NCBI GenBank assembly: GCA_041389525.1
Contig: JAWKRR010000013.1
Coordinates: forward strand, 68,976-132,975
Direction: 5' to 3'
DNA from: Myxococcota bacterium
GTDB taxonomy: Bacteria > Myxococcota_A > UBA9042 > PHBI01 > JACKFB01
DNA length: 64,000 nt
The position numbers and the translations under genes are program-made. Shown piece after piece: positions 38,678 through 48,392 of the stretch (position 1 is the stretch's first letter; each line of letters starts with the position of its first letter). Below the pieces are notes generated by a model. It did not search any database and was not told where the DNA came from. It saw only the letters and a list, made by a program, of their open reading frames with translations.

Positions 38678-39813
38678 GTGCGCGTCTCCGTCCGGGGCCC
38701 CAGGCTGGGGGTCGGCGCGTTGTACAACGAGGCGGGCGTCGGTGAAAGCACGGAGATGCGACCGTGGGGGCGCAGCGCGGTCGCCTTCACCCAGGCGTAG
38801 ACTGGCGAATCGGGGCAGAGGGCCAGCTCGCGGGCGGCCTCCGCGGTGATCTCGGCGCGCAGGGTCTGGCCGGCGATGGCGAGGTGGACGAGGACGGCGG
38901 GGCCGAGGTCGGTGAGGTGTGTGACGACTGCGGGCAGGCGGTTTCGGGCGCTGAGGCCCTCGAGCGGGGCGCGGGCGAGGAGGACGTCTTCGGGGCGGAC
39001 GCCGACGCGCAGGGAGTCGCCGGGCGCGCCGTCGGCGGCGGGGAGGGTGAGGCGGTGGTCGCCGAGCAGGGCGTGGATGGCGCCGGAATCGGGGTCGCGG
39101 CTGTCGAATCGAGCGGCGAGGACGGACTCGAGGCCGAGGCGGCGGCCCACGAGGGCGGCGTCGGAGGCGCGCAGCACGGTGTCGGTGGGGCCGTGGGCGA
39201 CGAGGCGGCCGGCGTCCAACAAGGCCACGTGATCGGTGACGCAGAGCGCGGTGCCGAGGTCGTGGGTGGCGATGAGCACGGGGATGTCGAGGCTGGCGGC
39301 GATGCGCGAGAGCAGGGCGATGACGGCGTCGCGGCGCGCGGCGTCGAGGCCGGTCCACGGCTCGTCGAGGAGGAGGGCGCGGGGGGCGGCGGCGAGGGCG
39401 CGGGCGAGGGCGACGCGCTGGCGTTCGCCGCCGGAGAGGGCGTGGGGGCGGCGGTCGAGCAGGGGCTCGAGCTCGCAGAGCGCGATGACCGCGTCGAGCT
39501 GGTGGCGGCCGCCGTAGCTGATGGTGCGGCGCACGGTGAGGTGGGGCCACAGGGCGGGCTGCTGGAAGACGAAGCCGACGCGGCGGAGGTGGGGCGGGAG
39601 GTCGATGGAGCGTTGGGAGTCGAAGAGGACGGTGTCGCCCAGGGCGATGCGGCCGCGGTCGGGGCGGTCGAGGCCGGCGATCAGGCGAAACAGCGAGGTT
39701 TTTCCTGCTCCGGAGGCGCCGAGCAGCGCGGTGATGGGGGCGCGGAGCTCGGCGGTGACGCGGAGCTGAAAGCCGGCGTGGGCGGCGGCGAGATCGAGGC
39801 TCAGCGAGTCCAC
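38674..39813 (-). CDS. modC: Molybdate ABC transporter ATP-binding protein with a C-terminal TOBE/MOP domain.
   Basis: Walker A GASGAGKTS, signature LSGGERQRVALARAL, Walker B LLLDEP. GTG start at 39813. Its stop overlaps the downstream start (ATGA). Confidence 0.8.
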   Translation of the reverse strand: MDSLSLDLAAAHAGFQLRVTAELRAPITALLGASGAGKTSLFRLIAGLDRPDRGRIALGDTVLFDSQRSIDLPPHLRRVGFVFQQPALWPHLTVRRTISYGGRHQLDAVIALCELEPLLDRRPHALSGGERQRVALARALAAAPRALLLDEPWTGLDAARRDAVIALLSRIAASLDIPVLIATHDLGTALCVTDHVALLDAGRLVAHGPTDTVLRASDAALVGRRLGLESVLAARFDSRDPDSGAIHALLGDHRLTLPAADGAPGDSLRVGVRPEDVLLARAPLEGLSARNRLPAVVTHLTDLGPAVLVHLAIAGQTLRAEITAEAARELALCPDSPVYAWVKATALRPHGRISVLSPTPASLYNAPTPSLGPRTETRT

Positions 39814-40454
39814 GCGAGCCTCCGTGCGGCGAGCTCGCCGGCGAGCAGGGTGATGAAGGCGAGGGCGGCGCTGACGGCGGCGAGGGTCATGGCGCGGGAC
39901 TCGCCGCCTGGGGATTGCAGGGCCTGCCAGATCGCGAGCGGGAGCGTGTCGGTCTGGCCTGGGACGCTGCCGGCGAAGGCGATGGTCGCGCCGAACTCGC
40001 CGAGGCTGCGGCCGAAGGCGAGCAGGGCGCCGGCGAGGACGCCGGGGAGGGCGAGCGGCAGGCTGATGGTGCGGAAGACGCGCCAAGGGCTGGCGCCGGT
40101 GACGCGGGCGGCGTCTTCGAGGGCGGGGTCGATGGCGTCGAAGCCGAGGCGGGCGGCGCGGACGAAGAGGGGGAAGGCGACGACGGCGCTGGCGAGGGCG
40201 GCGCCGCGCCAGGTGAAGGCGAGGCCGAGGTCGCCCAGGGGGCCGCGGGGCGCGAAGAGCAGCAGCAGGGCGTAGCCGGTGACGACGGGCGGCAGGACGA
40301 GGGGGAGGTGGACGAGGGCGTCGACGAGGGCGTGGCCGAGGAAGCGGCGGCGGGCGAGCAGGTAGGCGACGGCGATCGCTGGGAGCAGCGAGAGCAGGAC
40401 GCTGACCAGCGCGACGCGGAGCGAGAGCGCGACGACGGGGAGCAGCTCGCTCAT
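39801..40454 (-). CDS. modB: Molybdate ABC transporter permease.
   Basis: ABC permease EAA-like motif (DAARVTGASPWRVFRTISLPLALPG) and five TM helices. Confidence 0.8.
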   Translation of the reverse strand: MSELLPVVALSLRVALVSVLLSLLPAIAVAYLLARRRFLGHALVDALVHLPLVLPPVVTGYALLLLFAPRGPLGDLGLAFTWRGAALASAVVAFPLFVRAARLGFDAIDPALEDAARVTGASPWRVFRTISLPLALPGVLAGALLAFGRSLGEFGATIAFAGSVPGQTDTLPLAIWQALQSPGGESRAMTLAAVSAALAFITLLAGELAARRLAWTR

Positions 40455-41227
40455 GGGCGAACGGTGGGCGGGGGAGGGCCGAAGCCGAAGCTGGCGAGGC
40501 GGGCTTGGGCGGCGTCGCCACGCAAGAACGCGAGGAATTCACGGGCTCGCGGGTGGGTCGAGGCGGCCGGGACGCCGGCCTTATAGAGGATGGGGCGGTG
40601 GGTGGTCGGGGGCAGCTCGGCGCTCACGCGGACGCCGGGTGCGCCGCGGGCGTCGGTGGCGTAGGCGATGGCGGCGGGGACGGCGCCGCGGGCGACCAGG
40701 GAGACGGCGGCCGGGGCGTCGGCGGTGGCGACGATGCGCGGCGCGAGCGCGTCCCACAGGCCTAGCGACTCGAGGGATTCACGGGCGTATCGGCCCACGG
40801 GGACGTGCTCGGGGTCACCGACGGCCAGCCGTTCGGGTGGCGCACCCGGCTCGGCGGCCCCAGGCCTCCACGCCGCCTCGCCCTCCCCGGAGACCACCAC
40901 CACCAAGCGATTCGTCGCGACGTCCGCCGTATCGCAAGGCGCCAGCTCGCCGCGCGCCCCCAGCCACGTCACCCAGCGCGTGTCCGCCGAGACGAACACG
41001 TCGCCGGGCGCCCCGGCGCTGAGTTGGCGCGCCAAGCTCGACGACGCGCCGCCGACGACCTGCACCGCGACCCCGGTCTCCGCCTGGAACTCCGCGCCCA
41101 CCGCCTGCATCGCGCCCACCAAGCTCGCGGCGGTCAGCACGCGCAGGGGAGGGCTCGCCGGCGCGGGCGCGCAGCCGACCCCGGCCACCAGCCCCAGCGT
41201 CCACAAGACCATCGTCAGGCGCGTCAT
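40451..41227 (-). CDS. modA: Molybdate-binding periplasmic protein (lipoprotein).
   Basis: Signal peptide plus lipobox (LVAGVGCA). ModA-like segments (VFVSAD, AIAYATDA). Confidence 0.75.
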   Translation of the reverse strand: MTRLTMVLWTLGLVAGVGCAPAPASPPLRVLTAASLVGAMQAVGAEFQAETGVAVQVVGGASSSLARQLSAGAPGDVFVSADTRWVTWLGARGELAPCDTADVATNRLVVVVSGEGEAAWRPGAAEPGAPPERLAVGDPEHVPVGRYARESLESLGLWDALAPRIVATADAPAAVSLVARGAVPAAIAYATDARGAPGVRVSAELPPTTHRPILYKAGVPAASTHPRAREFLAFLRGDAAQARLASFGFGPPPPTVRP

Positions 41228-41310
41228 GGCGCGACGCTCGCCCGCGCCCCCCGCCCCGTCAAGCTGGCCCCGTTTGCCCCTCCCCCGATCCGTGTGCTTC
41301 CATCCAGCCC

Positions 41311-42657
41311 ATGGGCGATATGGAATGGTCGCAAGTTTGGCCCTGGGCCTGGCCCGCGCTCGCCTTCACCGGCGCCGTGCTGCTCGTCCTGTGGTTTCTC
41401 CGGGCGAGCTTCGCCTGGGTCGAGCGGCGCATCGGCAGCGACCCGCGCGTCGACGGCCGCATCCTCTCGCGCCTGCACACCCTCGCGGCCGCCGGCATCA
41501 TCGTCGGCGCCGCCTACCGCGCCGTCCGCGCGCTGCCCCATCGCGGCCCCTTCGAGCAGGGCTTCCTCGCCCTCGAACCCTGGATTCAGGCCACCGTCGT
41601 CCTGATGCTCTGGGTGCTCGGCGGCTTCTATGTCGCCCGCAAGGCGGTGCACGTCTTCGCTCAGCGCGCCGCCCGCAGCCACTCGGTAATCGACGACGCC
41701 ATCGCGGCGGCCATCCTGAACCCGCTCTACCTGCTGATCCTCGTCGGCGGCGTCCTGGTCTGGGCCGCCGGCGTGCCGCTGCCGTCGGGCAGCCGCGAGC
41801 CCATTCAGACAGTCGCGACCGTGCTCTCGCTGCTCGCCGCGACCATCTTCTTCGACGGCTTCGTCCGCAAGACCATCGAGCTTCGGTCGGCGACCTCGAA
41901 CGTGCTCGCCACCAGCGGCGGCGTGCTGCGCTCGGCGGCCCGCATCCTCATCTACATCATCGGCATCCTGATGCTGCTCTCGGTCGCCGAGATCCCCATC
42001 GCGCCTCTGTTGACCTCCCTCGGTATCGGCTCCCTCGCCATCGGCTTGGCGCTGCAGAAGACCCTCGAGGACTTCATCGCGGGCCTGCTCATCGCCGCCG
42101 ATCAGCCCATCCGCGTGGGCGATTTCGTCGAGGTCATCGACGGCGCCGTCTCGGGCACGGTGCTGTCCATCGGCTGGCGCACCACGCGGCTGCGCACCCG
42201 CGAGGACACCTACGTCGTCGTACCCAACGCCCGCCTCGCCCAGGCCACCGTCGTCAACCGCAGCATGCCCAGCGCCGACCTGTGCTTCACCGTGCCCGTC
42301 GGCATCGCCTACCACAGCGACCTGGACGCCGCCGGCGCCGCCACCGTCGAGGTCGCGCGCGAGATCCAGTCCAACGACCCGCGCGCCGCGCCGGGCTACG
42401 AGCCGCGCGTCTCCTACGAGGCCTTCGGCGACTCCAGCATCAACTTCCGCGTCTGGATGCGGGCGCGGAACTGGGAAGGCAGCTTCGGCATGCGTGACGC
42501 GTTCATCCGCGCGCTGCATATCCGCTACAACGCCGAGGGGATCACGATCCCCTTCCCGATGCGCACGCTGGATCTGCCGCCCGGGACCACGATCGCCGTC
42601 GCCCCCGCCGCCCCGCCGGCCGCCGCCGCCGTCAGCGCGAATGCCGGTAGTGACTGA
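41311..42657 (+). CDS. Mechanosensitive ion channel, MscS family.
   Basis: Multi-TM N-terminus, then the conserved MscS beta-domain (IRVGDFVEV.G..G.V..IGWRTT.LRT.D...V.VPN). Confidence 0.8.
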   Translation: MGDMEWSQVWPWAWPALAFTGAVLLVLWFLRASFAWVERRIGSDPRVDGRILSRLHTLAAAGIIVGAAYRAVRALPHRGPFEQGFLALEPWIQATVVLMLWVLGGFYVARKAVHVFAQRAARSHSVIDDAIAAAILNPLYLLILVGGVLVWAAGVPLPSGSREPIQTVATVLSLLAATIFFDGFVRKTIELRSATSNVLATSGGVLRSAARILIYIIGILMLLSVAEIPIAPLLTSLGIGSLAIGLALQKTLEDFIAGLLIAADQPIRVGDFVEVIDGAVSGTVLSIGWRTTRLRTREDTYVVVPNARLAQATVVNRSMPSADLCFTVPVGIAYHSDLDAAGAATVEVAREIQSNDPRAAPGYEPRVSYEAFGDSSINFRVWMRARNWEGSFGMRDAFIRALHIRYNAEGITIPFPMRTLDLPPGTTIAVAPAAPPAAAAVSANAGSD

Positions 42658-43129
42658 CGATCTCCTGCGGCAGGTCGTGCGTGATGAGGAAGCCCAAGGT
42701 GAACACGCGCCGAGCCAGCTTGTGGGGCAGCTGCACCAGCGCTGAGAGGGCCTCCTGCACCAGCTCGGCCGCCTCGTCGTGGACGACCTTCTTGGCGTAG
42801 TCGAGGGTCTCGAGATCCCGCGGACCGAACGAGCTCGACGTCGCGCGGGCGATCTGCTCGATGACCTGCTTGTAGTCGCGAAACGCCCCGCGGATGCGGC
42901 GGTGGTTGAGGTGCAGCGTGGTCTCCGCGAGCCCCGGAACGTGGACCGAGATCAGCAGCCCCCCCTCCGCGTGACGGCCCAGGGTGAGCGTGGGTTCCGC
43001 GGCTCCCTCCTCGCCGGGGCGGGTGAGCGTGCCGTGGTCGAGGTTCAGCTCCGACAGGGTCTGGGTCCATTCGCGCGCGCGGTCCGGCGCCGCCCCGTCG
43101 AGCACGTCGGGCATGATGCGGAACTTCAT
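42632..43129 (-). CDS. Hypothetical cytoplasmic protein (start at MKFRIMPD).
   Basis: 165-aa ORF. The upstream extension of the 220-aa ORF looks like frame noise. No recognisable family. Confidence 0.35.
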   Translation of the reverse strand: MKFRIMPDVLDGAAPDRAREWTQTLSELNLDHGTLTRPGEEGAAEPTLTLGRHAEGGLLISVHVPGLAETTLHLNHRRIRGAFRDYKQVIEQIARATSSSFGPRDLETLDYAKKVVHDEAAELVQEALSALVQLPHKLARRVFTLGFLITHDLPQEIVSHYRHSR

Positions 43130-43250
43130 CGCGTTCGAGCCTCCACAGGGTCGTCGTGGCACCATGACAAGAGAGCCCATTCGGCGGCCCTTGAATAGAT
43201 CCGGCACCGCGCGTGTCTGGAACGCGTCCTCGAACCTGGAGCCTCCCCCC

Positions 43251-44186
43251 ATGATCATCCGCCTCCTCGCCGCGTCCTTGCTCGTCGCCGCCACCGCCTC
43301 CGCAGGCCTCGCCGACGAGCTCGATGCCGAGCTGAAATTCGTCCCGAGCGCCGCCGCCGGGGTCGCCTTCGTCGATCACGCCCGGCTGTCGAAGCACTCG
43401 CAGTACGCCGCGATCCAGGAGTTCGCGCAGAGCCAGGGACGCGGCGCCGGGGTGCGCTTGGCGCGGGCGGCCGGTCTCGCGCCGGGCGCCGGCTTCAAGC
43501 GCGCGTGGACCTTCGAGATGGGGCCGGGCCACGAGGTGACCATCCTCGCGGGCGGCGCCGACGCCGAGAAGCTGCGAGCCTTCGGAAAAACCTCGATGGC
43601 GGCTGGGTATTCGGAGGGTGAGCACGCCGGGATCCCCTGGTTCCGCGTCTCCCCCCGCGAGCGGGCTGCGAAGCTGGCCACAGGCGTCGTGGCCATCGCG
43701 GAAGACGGCAAGATGGACGCGGTGCTCGCGGTGGCGGCCGGGAAGAAGCCCGCGCTGCCGAGTCGCAAGTCCTTCCGGGCGCTGCTCAGCGCCGCGCGAA
43801 AGGGGTCGCCCGCCATGTGGGCCATCGCCTGGGTTCCCAAGCGCCTGCGCGAGAACTTCTCGATCAGCGCGGCGCCAGAGCTGGCCAAGGTCGAGCGCGC
43901 CATCATGCGGGCGGAGGGCACCGAGGACATCACGTTCAAGGTGACGGGCTACACGCCCGACAAGGGCGCGGCGACCGCGGTGGCGGCGGCGGCCAAGCGC
44001 GAGATCGAGGCCTTCGCGTCGAGCTCGCCCATCCTCACGGCCCTCGGCGTGTCCGCCCTGGTGCGCCGCGTCACCGTGACCAGCAAGGGCAGCGAGGTCC
44101 TCGCGTCCATCGCCCTCGAGGCCGCCCAGCTCGGCCTGCTCGCCAAGACCGGCGGTCGCGTGATCGGCATGCTCCAAGCGCGCTAG
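43251..44186 (+). CDS. Secreted hypothetical protein.
   Basis: ATG at 43251 followed by signal peptide MIIRLLAASLLVAATASAGLA. The larger 400-aa ORF has an implausible N-terminus. Confidence 0.45.
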   Translation: MIIRLLAASLLVAATASAGLADELDAELKFVPSAAAGVAFVDHARLSKHSQYAAIQEFAQSQGRGAGVRLARAAGLAPGAGFKRAWTFEMGPGHEVTILAGGADAEKLRAFGKTSMAAGYSEGEHAGIPWFRVSPRERAAKLATGVVAIAEDGKMDAVLAVAAGKKPALPSRKSFRALLSAARKGSPAMWAIAWVPKRLRENFSISAAPELAKVERAIMRAEGTEDITFKVTGYTPDKGAATAVAAAAKREIEAFASSSPILTALGVSALVRRVTVTSKGSEVLASIALEAAQLGLLAKTGGRVIGMLQAR

Positions 44187-44191
44187 AGCGG

Positions 44192-44260
44192 GGGCAATCG
44201 CGGCGAGAGGCGCGCGTAGGCGCGGACTCGGAGGCGCGATTGCCCGCTGTCAGCGGTCAG
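44192..44260 (+). repeat. Conserved 3' hairpin element, copy 1: GGGCAATCGCG-N32-CGCGATTGCCC followed by the tail GCTGTCAGCGGTCAG. It begins 6 nt after the stop of the upstream gene.
   Basis: Perfect 11-bp inverted repeat read directly from the sequence. The same architecture recurs at 62001-62076 in inverse orientation. Confidence 0.5.
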
Positions 44261-44518
44261 TCATCAGCCATCAGCCGCAACCATCGCCTCGCCGCGTTCA
44301 CCTTCCGGCGGCCGGCGACCCGGGCGCGCGGCGAGGTCAGCGACTCGCGCGGGCGCCAGGACAGCGGGCTGACCGCTGACCGCTAAAGGCTAAAAGCTAA
44401 GCCCGGGCAGTCGCGCCCCGGCGACCCTCGACGCGCCCACGGCTTCCCAGGCGACCGCCCGGGCGCAACCGCACCGCGGCGTGGACTAAGGCAGGGGCCG
44501 GGGCTATGGTCCCGACCC

Positions 44519-45697
44519 ATGTCTACCCCGCCTGAATCCAACCTCGCGCTGTCATCCTGGTGCTCGGTTTCGAGCGAGGCGCTGACCCACAACGTGGGGA
44601 TTTTCCGCCGGCGGCTCAGCTCGGGGGCGCGGCTGGGCATCGTGGTCAAGGCGAACGCCTACGGTCACGGGCTGCTGGAGTCCGCTCGCACCTTCGTCTC
44701 GGCAGGCGCGGACTGGCTTATCGTCAACAGCGTCGACGAGGCGCTCGCGCTGCGGGCCGGGGAACTCGAGGCGCCGATCTACATCTGCGGGCGCGTGCAG
44801 CCGGCGCGGGCTGGCGACGTGGTCGCCGCCGACGCCCGCTGCGTCATCTACGACAATGAGCTGGCGGGCGCGCTGGACGCGGCGGCGCGGGCGGCCGGGC
44901 GCGTGGTGCCCGTCCACCTCAAGATCGAGACCGGCAACCACCGGCAAGGGCTGGTGCTGCGGGACGCGCTGGCCCTCGGCAGGCTGGCCGCGGCGCTGCC
45001 GGGCCTCGAACTCGAAGGCGTAGCCACCCACTTCGCGGATATCGAGGACACCACCGACCACCGCTTCGCCGGCCAGCAGGTCGCCGCGTTCGCCGCGGCG
45101 CGTCAGGCCTTTATCGAGGCCGGCCTCGCGGTGCCCATCGTCCACTCGGCGAACTCCGCGGCGACCATCCTCTTCCCCGAGACCCACGGCGACCTCGTGC
45201 GCGTGGGCCTCGCGGCGTATGGGCTGTGGCCCTCGCCCGAGACCTTCGCCACTGCCATCCAGATCCACGCCCAGGGCGGCGACGGCTTCTTGCCCGAGCT
45301 ACGCCCCGCGCTGTCGTGGCGGGCCCGCGTCGCCCAGGTCAAAGACGTGCCCACCGGCGCCTTCGTCGGCTACGGGCGCACGTTCCGAGCCACCTGGCCG
45401 ATGCGCGTCGCCATCCTGCCCGTCGGCTATCACGAGGGCTACGACCGCCGCCTCTCCAACCTCGCCCACGTCTTGGTGAAGGGGGTGCGTGCGCCGGTGC
45501 GCGGCCGCGTGTGCATGAACATGATGATGGTGGACGTGACCCACATCCCGGACGTGCGTGCGGGCGAGATCGCGACGCTCATGGGCCAGGACGGCGAGGA
45601 GCGCGTCAGCGCCGAGCAGCTTGCTGGCTGGATGGGCAGCATCAACTACGAGGTCGTCTCGAGGATACATCCCGGCGAGCCGCGGATCCTCACGTGA
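44519..45697 (+). CDS. alr: Alanine racemase.
   Basis: PLP-binding motif VVKANAYGHG, and a family-typical C-terminal domain. Confidence 0.85.
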   Translation: MSTPPESNLALSSWCSVSSEALTHNVGIFRRRLSSGARLGIVVKANAYGHGLLESARTFVSAGADWLIVNSVDEALALRAGELEAPIYICGRVQPARAGDVVAADARCVIYDNELAGALDAAARAAGRVVPVHLKIETGNHRQGLVLRDALALGRLAAALPGLELEGVATHFADIEDTTDHRFAGQQVAAFAAARQAFIEAGLAVPIVHSANSAATILFPETHGDLVRVGLAAYGLWPSPETFATAIQIHAQGGDGFLPELRPALSWRARVAQVKDVPTGAFVGYGRTFRATWPMRVAILPVGYHEGYDRRLSNLAHVLVKGVRAPVRGRVCMNMMMVDVTHIPDVRAGEIATLMGQDGEERVSAEQLAGWMGSINYEVVSRIHPGEPRILT

Positions 45698-46458
45698 GCG
45701 CCGAGTTCAGCGAGGAGGCCGGGGCCGCCGGCGGTGAGGTCGTCGCGTTCTTCGACATGGACCTGACCATCGTCGGCGCCAACACCGGCAAGCTGTGGAT
45801 TCGCGACGCCTTCGCCCGCGGCGAGGTGGGCGTGCTGACCATGGCGCGCCTCATGTTTGCGGTCGCTCGCTACCGTCTGGGCGTGATGGATCCTGGCCCG
45901 TTGATGACCCAGGCCGTACGAACCCTCGACGGCGTGCGCGAGGACGCGTTCGCGCTGCGCTCGCGGCGCTTCTTCGACAAGTCCGTCCGCCCACACATCT
46001 TGCCGCTCGCCGTCGACTGCATCCGCGACCACGAGGCGCAAGGGCACGGCATCGCGCTGCTCTCGGCCTCGACCAACTACGTCGTGGGCCCGCTGGCCAA
46101 CCATCTGGGGCTAGAGCACGCGCTGTGCACCCGACTCCATGTGGTCGACGGCCAGCTCACCGGCGGCATCGTCGAGCCGCTCTGCTACGGCGTCGGGAAG
46201 CTGGCCATCGCCCGCGAGTTCGCCGACGCCCGCGGCGTTCGCCTCGAAGACGCGTGGTTCTACACCGACTCCATCCACGACCTCGCCGTGCTCGAAGCGG
46301 TGGGCAACCCGGTGGCGGTGAACCCGGATCCTCGGCTGGAACGCATCGCCCGTCGTCGTGGCTGGCAGGTGCTGGACTTCTTCGGTCGCCAGCCCTCTCG
46401 ATCGAGGGTCAACGTCGCGGATTTGAAAGGCAAATTCGGAGGCGGCGGGGCCGCGTAA
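45694..46458 (+). CDS. HAD-IB family hydrolase (phosphoserine-phosphatase-like).
   Basis: DxD motif FFDMDLT, S/T motif LLSAST, and K...D motif GKL...YTDS. GTG start overlapping the alr stop. Confidence 0.7.
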   Translation: MSAEFSEEAGAAGGEVVAFFDMDLTIVGANTGKLWIRDAFARGEVGVLTMARLMFAVARYRLGVMDPGPLMTQAVRTLDGVREDAFALRSRRFFDKSVRPHILPLAVDCIRDHEAQGHGIALLSASTNYVVGPLANHLGLEHALCTRLHVVDGQLTGGIVEPLCYGVGKLAIAREFADARGVRLEDAWFYTDSIHDLAVLEAVGNPVAVNPDPRLERIARRRGWQVLDFFGRQPSRSRVNVADLKGKFGGGGAA

Positions 46459-46578
46459 AGCCTTGACGATCTCGAACGCCCTGTGCTAACCACGCGGCGC
46501 CGCGCGCCCAGGGCCGCAGCGTTTTCGAGCACTTCGCAGGGACACCAGCCCACCAGGACCCTCCCCGCCGTGAGCAAG

Positions 46579-46848
46579 ATGAAGGAAGGCATGGAGGTCG
46601 CATCGGTCGGCCTGGAGATGGGCGGCTGCGTTGCGGTCGGCTGGTTCTTCGGCTCGTGGATCGACGCGAAGCTGGGGACGGCTCCCTTCGGCATGACCTT
46701 CTTCGTCATGTGCGGCTTCGGCGCCGCCATCAAGGGCCTGCTGCGCGTCGTCAAGAAGGCGCGCGGCGTGATGATGGCCGACTCTCCCGCGCACGAGGCA
46801 GGGACCCGCGTCCTCGGCGCCCGCTTGCCAGGGAGCCGCTACCGATGA
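46579..46848 (+). CDS. atpZ: AtpZ-family small membrane protein (putative F0F1-ATPase accessory subunit).
   Basis: Two-TM protein matching the AtpZ pattern (GLEMGGCVAVGWFFGSWIDAKLGTAPFGMTFFVMCGFGAAIKGLLRVVKKA). Its stop overlaps the atpI start. Confidence 0.5.
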   Translation: MKEGMEVASVGLEMGGCVAVGWFFGSWIDAKLGTAPFGMTFFVMCGFGAAIKGLLRVVKKARGVMMADSPAHEAGTRVLGARLPGSRYR

Positions 46849-47270
46849 GCGCTCCCGACGTCGCCGCCAACGCCTCCAGCGTGCCGCCCTTCATCGCGGG
46901 GGCGCTGCGCATCGAGACCGCGCTCGTGCTCATCGCCGTCGCGCTCACCCACCTGCTCGGCGGGGAGGCCCCCACCGTCGCCGGCGTCGCCGTCGGCGGC
47001 GTGCTCGGCGTGCTGAACTTCCTGGCCATGGCGTGGCTCGGCGGGCGCCTGATGCGCGCCCACGGCCAGACGCGCGGAGTCTACGCCGTGATCTTCCTCG
47101 CGAAGATGACGCTGGTGATGGGCACCATTTGGCTGCTACTGACGCTCTTGCCGCTGTCGCCCTTCGGATTTCTCCTGGGCATCGGCCTCTTCTTCCCCGC
47201 CGTGATGCTGATGCTGCTCTGGAGCATGCTCGCGCCGGCGGTCCCAGCCACTACGAGGGAGCACGCGTGA
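46845..47270 (+). CDS. atpI: ATP synthase protein I-like membrane protein.
   Basis: About 140-aa four-TM protein sitting between atpZ and atpB. Its stop overlaps the atpB start (GTGATG). Confidence 0.5.
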   Translation: MSAPDVAANASSVPPFIAGALRIETALVLIAVALTHLLGGEAPTVAGVAVGGVLGVLNFLAMAWLGGRLMRAHGQTRGVYAVIFLAKMTLVMGTIWLLLTLLPLSPFGFLLGIGLFFPAVMLMLLWSMLAPAVPATTREHA

Positions 47271-48280
47271 TGAAGCGTTCTTTCGGCACCATCCTCCTCA
47301 GTCTGTGCGTCCTCTCCTGGGCCGGCGGCGCCGTCTTCGCCGACGAGGCCGCGGTCGAGGCCAACATCGAGCAGCGCGTCGAAGGGCAGCTCGAGGCGGA
47401 CATCGAAGAGGCGACCGACCACGGCGCGGCCGGCGCGCACGGCGCCCACTCCGCCCACTCCGGCTGGGACGGCGAGCACTGGTCGATCGCGACGCTGCTG
47501 CCCGGCGCGCTAGCCGACAACCTGCGCGCGCTCGCCACCTGGCCCAACGGCGCCACCTGGTACGAGCACAACACCTACCCCCACATCAGCCACGTCATCA
47601 TGGCGATCATCGCCTTCCTGCTCGGCATGCTGCTGATCTTCGCCGCGTCCAAGCGCCTCGCCGACCCCGAAGCCGCTATCATCCCCGAGAAGAAGCTCAG
47701 CGCGATGGTGGTCTTCGACATCATCTCCGAGTCGCTGCTCGGCCTGATGAGCTCGATGATGCCTCGCGAGAAGGCCCTGAAGTTCCTGCCGCTGATCATG
47801 GCCTTCGCCGTCTTCATCTTCCTCGGCAACTTCCTCGGCCTGGTCCCGGGCTTCTTGCCCGCCACCGACAACCTGAACACGACGCTGGCCCTCGGCGTGG
47901 TGAGCTTCCTGGCCTACAACTACTGGGGCATCCGCCAGCACGGCCTCGTCGCGCACCTCAAGCACTTCGCGGGCCCGATCCCGTGGCTGGCCCCCCTGAT
48001 GATCCCCATCGAGATTATCAGCCACCTCGTCCGCCCGCTGAGCCTCGCCTTCCGCCTCATGGGCAACATGTTCGGCGACCACATGGTCCTCGGGATCTTC
48101 CTCGGCATCTTCCCGCTGCTCTTGCCGCTGCCCGTGATGGTGCTCGGCCTCATCGTCGTCAGCGTGCAGACCCTGGTCTTCACGCTGCTGTCCATCGTCT
48201 ACATCTCCCTCGCCGTGGAAGAGCACGAACACCACGACGACCACGCCGCTCATGGCGATTCCCACGCGCACGCCCACTGA
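47270..48280 (+). CDS. atpB: F0F1 ATP synthase subunit a, with a signal-like, His-containing N-terminal extension and a His-rich C-terminal tail.
   Basis: Conserved RLxGN region (LSLAFRLMGNMFGDH) and a multi-TM core. N-terminal HGAAGAHGAHSAHSGWDGEH and C-terminal EEHEHHDDHAAHGDSHAHAH. Confidence 0.8.
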   Translation: MKRSFGTILLSLCVLSWAGGAVFADEAAVEANIEQRVEGQLEADIEEATDHGAAGAHGAHSAHSGWDGEHWSIATLLPGALADNLRALATWPNGATWYEHNTYPHISHVIMAIIAFLLGMLLIFAASKRLADPEAAIIPEKKLSAMVVFDIISESLLGLMSSMMPREKALKFLPLIMAFAVFIFLGNFLGLVPGFLPATDNLNTTLALGVVSFLAYNYWGIRQHGLVAHLKHFAGPIPWLAPLMIPIEIISHLVRPLSLAFRLMGNMFGDHMVLGIFLGIFPLLLPLPVMVLGLIVVSVQTLVFTLLSIVYISLAVEEHEHHDDHAAHGDSHAHAH

Positions 48281-48392
48281 CATCTGGTCTTTCGGGTTGC
48301 ACCCCCTAGCTGGTTGCGTTAATCACGCGCCGCCCTCCGGCGCACCACCGGGCTCCCGCCCATTTCCATTGTCCATCCCAAGGAGCTGTCCG

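Noticed and set aside
37322-39550. A 742-aa ORF that fuses an Arg/Pro-rich N-terminus to the 2-hydroxyacid dehydrogenase.
   Set aside because: The upstream 290 codons overlap modC in another frame and are pure low-complexity. The real start is MTLASDG at 38677, overlapping the modC stop.
44377-44395. AT-rich direct repeats GCTAAAGGCTAAAAGCTAAGC upstream of alr.
   Set aside because: They could be a promoter UP-like or -10-like element. They are too short and unconserved to call without comparative data.
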